Shown here piece by piece: positions 56,829 to 64,000 of a stretch of DNA of 64,000 bases; within the stretch, counting starts at the first letter, position 1, and the number at the start of each line of letters is the position of its first letter. The stretch is from assembly GCA_918797485.1 (NCBI GenBank), contig CAKKNE010000003.1, positions 3,162,001 to 3,226,000 on the forward strand, given 5' to 3'. The position numbers and the translations under genes are program-made. Below the pieces are notes generated by a model, which saw only the letters and a list, made by a program, of their open reading frames with translations, searched no databases and was not told the DNA's origin. Source of the DNA: Pelagomonas calceolata (lineage: Eukaryota).

Positions 56829-59800
56829 TCAAATAAGTAAGATGCTACTCAACTCCCACCCCAAGTATCGGTCTGCCAAAACGTCAAATCCCGACGGCCC
56901 CACCCCCACTTTTGTTGGGGGGCGGGAATCGACTTGTTTAACCTTCGTTTGTAAGGACCTTTTGGCTGCATTTATATTTGCTGTGGGCGGCAATCCGGGT
57001 CTTTCCGAGTCCTCGAAATCTGGCTTCCTCGCCCCTTCATTGGGGTGGTCTTTATTAGCCAATGACGACCGAATATCGTGAGCGACAGATAATTGCGAGT
57101 GCTTAAATCTTGTCAAAACGATCAAAATCACGATGCTTTGGCTGGCAAGCGATGCGCGATTAATGATTTTGATGTTTCGAAGTGTTCAAGAGCAGCATCT
57201 AGCTCTGGTGTTCGCAAATATTTTTTGTTACTATGCGCAGTGTCCGGGGTAACTTGCTTGTGGCCCGCTAGCTTCTGCGCTGACCTATCCCTCTCTTCCG
57301 TCAGCGATTCCAGGACACTTTCAACTTGGTGTATAATCTCGTTTATGGGCGTATCTTTATCGGGAGGGGGGATGCCAAGCATAATGCACACATGCTTGAT
57401 ACCCCCAAAAGCTGCTCGATGCAGACTCTCCGCCATTCGGGCTGTCTCCTGGGCATGCTTGTGACGCATTAATTGATTGGCAAGGCGGAGCTGCATATCA
57501 CGAGCCTCGCGGGAACTCGAACCAACAATTGATTGTGAATCATAACGTACTTGCTCCAGCTCCAATTCAGATTGGCTCAGCATATATTTTACTTTTCGTT
57601 GTCGAAGTTCAGCAGCATCATGCAATGCGCACATTTGTGTCTGGAGCGACTGGGCCAGATAAAATTTGCAGAAGAACTCTCTCAGGTTGGGCAACAATGT
57701 TCGCTTCTGAATAAGCTTTAAACGGGCCTCCCATTCAAGCTCCAGGTATGATGCCAGCTCTTGGGGTCGGCTGCCAACAAGGGCAGTATCTTTGGCTAGA
57801 ACTCCTTGGGTGTGGTTGTGACGCTCTTTTGTACTGTCTCGCCTAGACTTGACACCGGAATTTGAATCATCTGAGCTTAGCAAGCCGTCAGTGGGACGAT
57901 TGAGATGTTTTCGTCGTGCTGTGCGTTGGAGATGCTCGCGCTGACGTATCCGTTGAATTAGCATGTCATTCTGCAATCCAGTCAAATCCTGGGCTGCACG
58001 ATGTAGAATTTTATTGTTCGCAGCAAAGTCATGTGAGTCAAATATATTGCTTCTCAACTGCTGTTGGACTTCTTTTATGAATAGGTCATCTTGAGTCAGC
58101 TTTGCCTCGAGCTCGTCTATCAGTGCTTGGCTATGAGCTGGATGGCGTTCGCACATAAGCTTGACACACTCATAGTTCCTATACAGAAGCTTTGCCATTC
58201 TATGACCACGTTCGGTCCTTTCTAGTCGTTCCACTAATCTAGTGAGCTCAGTCTCCAAGCCGCTTGTCGACAAGTGCATTTTGCTTAGCTCATTTGCTTC
58301 ATCACGAATGCCATCATATCTCCGATTAACAGCAATTCGCTCTTGCCTTAATTGATCTAACTCATTGCGGTATGAACTAATGATTTCGCGAAGTTGGTTC
58401 AATTTGTTAGCAAAATGATCCACAAAACCACGCTGTTGATTTTGTGGTGACATTTTTTTTCGCGCAAATTTATGTCGTGATTTACTGGTGGGCTTCTTAG
58501 TTTCGGCAGTTGGCTTTGCTAATGCATCTGCCATATTGTCAATTTTGACAGAGGATATTTGAGGTAACTTGCGATCTACAACAGCTGCCTTCATTGTACT
58601 TGCCAGAGCAGTCGAATCGTTGCTTATCTTCGGTGCCGCATTTGCGGGAGTCATACAAAGAAATTGATTTAGCTTGAGTAGTTTGGTTGAGGGTGTGGTA
58701 GCAGTTTTGTCCTGATGATTGGATCGTTGTGCGACTCCCTTCAAAAATCGCTCCCCACAGTTTGCCAGAGACACCCATGGAAATTGAATCCACACCCACC
58801 TGTGATAAAAGTAGGTGGAACACAGGGGGACTTTTTCATTCACTTTCATTGGCACGTCCACGACACCCAGTTTGCCGCTGATGTTACCCTTTTCACTGAT
58901 TAACTCAACAACTGGGGTGTTCAGAATGGAGTTACCATCCTTGTCTATTGAAAGAAATGGTACACCAAGACTTGCCAAGTCGTCGTTCGGAATTGGTGGA
59001 TGAATGAATTTGGGCACATCTGCCGCTTCTTCCAACGACAGCGTGGCAAATTCAAGCATGAAATCACCAATTTGCAGGATCACGGCAGCAAGTTCATCAT
59101 CAGATGGTGTGTGTGCAAGTTTAAACTCGTCAACTGATCGCACATACTCTTCTACAAGGTCAAGACATGGACGAGATGGTTGTGCGCATCGCATGGTGTC
59201 ATCAAACTCTCCTGTAACCAGTTTGCGTATGGGTGTGTGTGAATTGGAGGAAGCAGTCAAGCTTGCCCACAAATTTAAAAACTCCCGCTTGTGTGCATGT
59301 GTCCACCAAAGGCAGAACATTCTCACTTCAACGAGCACAGCGCGTAGCCTATGCCAATTCCCACTCACTTCCAAATGATAAGGAAGCGCATCGAGTTTGC
59401 GATCGCACGGTGAAAGCCTGCCAAAATAACGGGCCATCAAATGATGAGCACGAATATGCGCTTCTGGGCTACGGATATAGTCACTGTAAATCACTGCAGC
59501 ATATTCTACATGGGAGAGGCTTCGCAGTCCATTCACTGAAAATGTGAAATCACGCAGAATCCTGCGAATACACGCACACTGTTCACGTGGTAGAGGGTTG
59601 CCTGTAGCGAGTTGAGCAATCCCCCACATTTCTATCTCGGTCAATCCATGTCTGGACGAATAAAGTGCCGTAAGTACCCGCCTAAGATTATTTGCGGCTT
59701 CTGTGTATGTAGAATCTACGTAACCGCTACACATTTCAAGTACGCGAGCAATCAGCACTGGTGTTACCTCGGCTGCAAGGTAGACCTCAACCTGCTGATC

Positions 59801-60643
59801 AATAGTCGCATTCGACATTTCAGCGCCAAGGCGCAAGGCATAGAGAACGGTACGAAGGAAAAGCGGCTGCGAGGAAGCTTTGGCAGTTACTATTCTGAAT
59901 TGTTGAGCTTGCTTTAGCAATTGTAGAGACTGCTGGTTGGCTGCAAGAAAACTGTTTATGATAAGATGGCGAACCTCAACAGACAGTGGCTGCAAATGAA
60001 TCGTTGGACACTTTCTCCGACGGAGCTCTGTATATGTTCTGTGCATCCTAGACTCGTCAAATAGCCCGTCAGGGCTTGACCCGAATTGCTCTAGTTCAAC
60101 TGTGGACACGATTATTCTCACTCCCTGAGGTAGCTGAGACGGGAGCCAGTGCAATGTATTTGCTGTGCTAGATTCTCCAAGGAGACAATTGACAGCGTCA
60201 AGGACTATCACAATGCGAGCAGGGAATTGTTTTTTCCCCGCAGCTGCCAGGAATCGACTTAGCGACCACCTGAGACGTTCCTCGGACGTTGGAATTTCCA
60301 TTTCCCTTAGCTGAAAGTGCTCCTTTAAAGCGGACTCAAGTCGGTGAAGGAGATGAGCAAGCTGCTTTGACTGCGGCGAGCATCCAACAAAATGTTGAAA
60401 CAGAAATTCATCTCTGTGTTTTGTCTTTCTGCGTAGGCTCACCCAATTCGCTAACAAAGCGCTCTTGCCGCACCCGGCGGCACCGGTGATCACAAATGGT
60501 AGTTTGACATCTCCCTCAATAGTCTCCGCATGACTGTCAAGAGCATGGAATACAGCTCTGTTCCCCGTTTCGTAAACGTAATCCGTGCTACGGCTGGCGG
60601 CAAAGGCTTGATGCTCATCCGCGTAGTCATTTTCCATGTTCAT
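56829..60643 (-). CDS. NACHT/AAA P-loop protein (NPHP3/TEP1-like) with C-terminal coiled coil; last short exon uncertain
   Basis: VITGAAGCGKSALLANW, FQHFVG, IVIVLDAVN, LHWLP...VRIIVST, PLFLR. Confidence 0.8.
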
Positions 60644-61271
60644 CTAAAAAGACGCGCGTTATGCGAAAGATACTCTAGATATCTCTGGCCCGTGCCGCGG
60701 CGATGCATATTTGACTATTGCGTGCACATAATTCACCAGCTGCAATACATACAGGTAAAGTACGAATTAAGGGTTGTCGATGTGAGTGGGTGCTAAAAAA
60801 TACTAGGCTGTGATGTCACCGTGACGGTGCCAGCCTGAGCCTGAGTGCCTAGCCTGAAGCACTGGCACCCGGCGATCCTTCTCCACCGATTGATACTCTT
60901 GGTATCACTTCCACTGAAGAGGAAAGGAAGAGCAGGCTAAGGCTAACAAGAGAGTAAGCTTCAGCACTCCGTCAAGACCGTGACCCCGGGCCATTGAGCC
61001 CGGGCCTGGACCGACGGCGTGACTCGGGCTATGTGAACTTGAAAACTTGAAAGAGTTGGGTGATTTGTTCTCTGACCGAAAGAAACTTTAAGCGACCCCC
61101 CCCTAACCCCATCAAACATGGGAGAAACTATTTCGTTAGACGACTACACTACGCTGCCGGGGAAGTCCGGAGCTACACACTCTATTTCCCTATGCATCGC
61201 AACAACCCGCACTTGTATTACCCGGCGCCCGGGCCAACTTGCCAGTGAACTTGAAGGCTACTAGTACTTCC

Positions 61272-61524
61272 TGAGGTGAAAACTCCGAGTCCCCTAGATA
61301 TATATCTTCAACGCCATAGCCCCCTATTGCCGGAACTATGACTACGTTACTCTCGCCTCTCAGCCGCACCTATACCAGCGGCCGGCACGTGCCAGTCACG
61401 GTGCCCAGCGGAGCCGGTATTTCCCTATATCCCGTATCTTCTTGCTTATCCAAGTGGATCAAGCCCGGCGCTAAGTAGCCGTAAAACACCGGGGTGAACC
61501 TAAAGTAAGCGTGAGTTCACTTTA
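61272..61524 (+). mobile_element. Degraded solo LTR homologous to 34030-34254
   Basis: Collinear match with several short insertions. Confidence 0.8.
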
Positions 61525-62130
61525 TTCGCACCATAGGCCTGGGGTACTCCATGATCAAACCGTTCAAGTTGAACAGGCCTCAGGCCCGGGCTAACTATTA
61601 TCATCCTAACTATTGACGGACAATTTTCCTGTCCCAAACCCCATCAAACATGGGAGAAACTATTTCGTTAGATGACTACACTACGCTGCCAGTGCCGACG
61701 GGGAACTTGAAGTCCGAAGCTCAGGCTACTAGTACACTCACTGGCACTGGCAGGCTCTATTTCCCCCTGCATCGCAGATGCCATTATGTCTAGGGGGAAT
61801 AGGGACTAGTGAGGTAGGGCCCGGGGGCCGGGTACGCATGCGACCGGCGTCGGACGGAGGCTTCAAGTTGTAGCCCGAGGTCTTACTCAGGCTAGTAGGC
61901 CCGGCCCGGGCCCGGGCCGCCCGGGGCGGCTCCGAGTCTCAGGCTCAGGTCACCGGCACTTAAAACCCGCGAGCTGCGGCCATTTCCCGCCCCGATATCG
62001 ATTATTGTGCCCTGCAGCGTTCGGCAAGGTAATAGCAATAGAAAAAAAAATACAAGATACGTTAAACTTCCGGTTGCGGTACGTAGATATATATACGATA
62101 TATATACTACCTACTTGCAAAGCATCGCCG

Positions 62131-64000
62131 ATGACCACTTCGGTCCGATAATCAAGCTTCTCCTTATTTACATTGTCCATAGGTTTTGGACTCCTGCTTA
62201 AACTTTCCAGAGGAAGAGGAAGTGATTTTAAGGTACTGGAAAGAAATAGATGCTTTCCGTACAAGTATCAGTCTCAGTGCAGGAAAGCCAGAGTACACTT
62301 TCTACGACGGGCCGCCCTTTGCGACCGGTTTGCCCCATTATGGGCACATCCTGGCTGGAACAATTAAAGATACCGTGACTCGGTATGCCCACCAGACTGG
62401 CCACAAGGTTTCACGTCGTTTTGGGTGGGACTGCCATGGTCTGCCAGTTGAATATGAGATTGATAAGGCTCTGGGCCTCAATTCACGAGAAGAAGTATTA
62501 GCAATGGGTATTGGGGTGTATAATTCGCACTGTCGGAGTATTGTTCAACGATACACACGTGAGTGGGAGACCGTTGTTACCCGTTTGGGGCGATGGATCG
62601 ACTTCGAGAATGACTACCGCACAATGGATTTGAGCTTTATGGAATCGGTCTGGTGGGTATTTAAAACTCTCTTTGATAAAGGACTTGTATACCGCGGGTA
62701 CAAGGTCATGCCATATTCAACAACTTGCGCCACGCCTTTGTCAAATTTTGAAGCTGGTCTAAATTACAAAGATGTGACCGATATTGCAGTTGTTGTGTCC
62801 TTCCCGCTACGGGATGAGCCAAACGTGAGCCTAGTAGCATGGACAACAACACCGTGGACTCTTCCATCAAATCTAGCGTTATGTGTCAATGCACATTTGA
62901 ACTACGTCCAGGTCCGTTCGGTCGCGGACAAGAAAATCTATATCGTCGCGGAGATGCGACTCACGCAACTATTTCCGGCGCTTCGGTCGAAGAAGTTTCA
63001 GCAAGGTGATGAAGCAAGGATATATGAGGTTCTTAAGTCCTTTAAGGGTGCTGAACTCGTTGGTCGAATGTATGAGCCCCTTTTTCACTTCTATGATAGC
63101 GCAGAGCGGCGCTCCTGTGCATTCAAAGTCATAGCAGATGAGTATGTAACAAGTGAGGCGGGCACCGGCATTGTGCACCAGGCTCCTGCTTTTGGCGAAG
63201 ATGATTATAGGGTCTGCGTAAGAAACAAGATCGTTGACGTCATAATGAACGGCGAGAGGAGCCTCCCTTGTCCCGTTGACGCCAATGGTCGCTTTGTCTC
63301 GCCAGTGTCTGGGGATTTACAGGGCATGCCGGTAAAGCTAGCTGACGCAGCAATTTGTTCATTGCTTCACAAGATGGGCCGACTCGTGCTCAAAGAGTCA
63401 CATGAACATAGTTACCCATTCTGCTGGCGCTCAGATACTCCACTGATTTACAAGGCGGTCCCCTCGTGGTTTGTCGCTGTAGAGACGATAAGAGAGAACC
63501 TCATACAGAATAATAAACAGACATACTGGGTCCCTGCATCCGTGCGAACTGTCAGAGTCCACAAAGCGCTTGGCCATTTGCCATAAATCCACTGGTGAAA
63601 CTCCGCACTAGGTGAAAGAGAAGCGGTTCCACAATTGGCTGGTTGACGCTAAAGATTGGGCTATTTCCAGAAATCGTTTCTGGGGCACTCCTATCCCTCT
63701 TTGGGTATCTGAAGACCACAAGGAGATGGTGGCTATAGGCTGCGTCGCAGAATTACGCGCAAAATGTGAGCTGGCAGATGGGTCTCAGATCCCGATGGAC
63801 TTGAGTGATTTGCATCGTGAAAGTGTGGACAGCCTGGTAGTGGCGTCGCCATCACGGTCAGGCGTATTTCTCCATCGTGTTGACGAGGTCTTTGACTGTT
63901 GGTTTGAATCAGGCTCCATGCCTTACGCACAGTTGCACTATCCATTTGAGTGCAGTGAAAAGGAGTTTTTGAAGAAGTTTCCAGCTGATTTCATTGCAGA
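62131..64000 (+). CDS. IARS1: Cytosolic isoleucyl-tRNA synthetase, partial (intron 63542-63611; putative first intron 62143-62182)
   Basis: FYDGPPFATGLPHYGH, GWDCHGLP, WTTTPWTLPSN, GTGIVHQAPAFGEDD, DWAISRNRFWGTPIP. Confidence 0.97.

Noticed and set aside
51716..63611. Introns 51716-51860, 55154-55199 and 63542-63611 as introners
   Set aside because: TSD and TIR matches are too weak to distinguish from chance, although 51716-51860 has a related internal motif.
53000..64000. Low-GC block as horizontal transfer or endogenous virus
   Set aside because: It contains spliced eukaryotic housekeeping genes, the GC change is gradual, and it shares an LTR with the GC-rich part.

Overview
Eukaryotic nuclear DNA, most likely from a pelagophyte alga (Aureococcus/Pelagomonas-like). 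This is inferred from the extreme GC content, plastid-type presequences, AP2 and DUF285 repeats and introner-type introns. About 25 compact genes are present: Cu-ATPase end, tRNA m3C methyltransferase, sulfite reductase, TPR-PRMT9-like, CaMKK-PP2C fusion, SEL1/HRD3-like, CbbY, RABL6, two centrins, SRPK-like kinase, CpcT/CRL-like, eIF2-gamma, HAD-IIA, a double-domain IGPD, SF3B3, a Cys/Met PLP lyase, Sfi1-like, kinesin, PP1, ankyrin-DSP, a NACHT protein and IleRS. From about 49 kb the window drops from very high GC to roughly even GC, including in housekeeping genes. Most notable: (1) about 11 introns share a transposon architecture (donor inside an 8-nt duplicated target, then inverted repeats ending at the CAG acceptor), and about half need GC donors; (2) comparing dispersed repeat copies shows recurrent stereotyped 6-nt insertions (3-nt duplication plus 3-nt spacer) and TA-centred arrays that look like stacked transposon excision footprints building intergenic DNA; (3) the tandem centrins share an identical tract that stops exactly at their non-homologous introns; (4) the tandem IGPD has complementary loss of metal ligands between its two domains; (5) captured gene fragments, one amplified as a ~214-bp tandem array. 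All alignments and GC values were read by eye.
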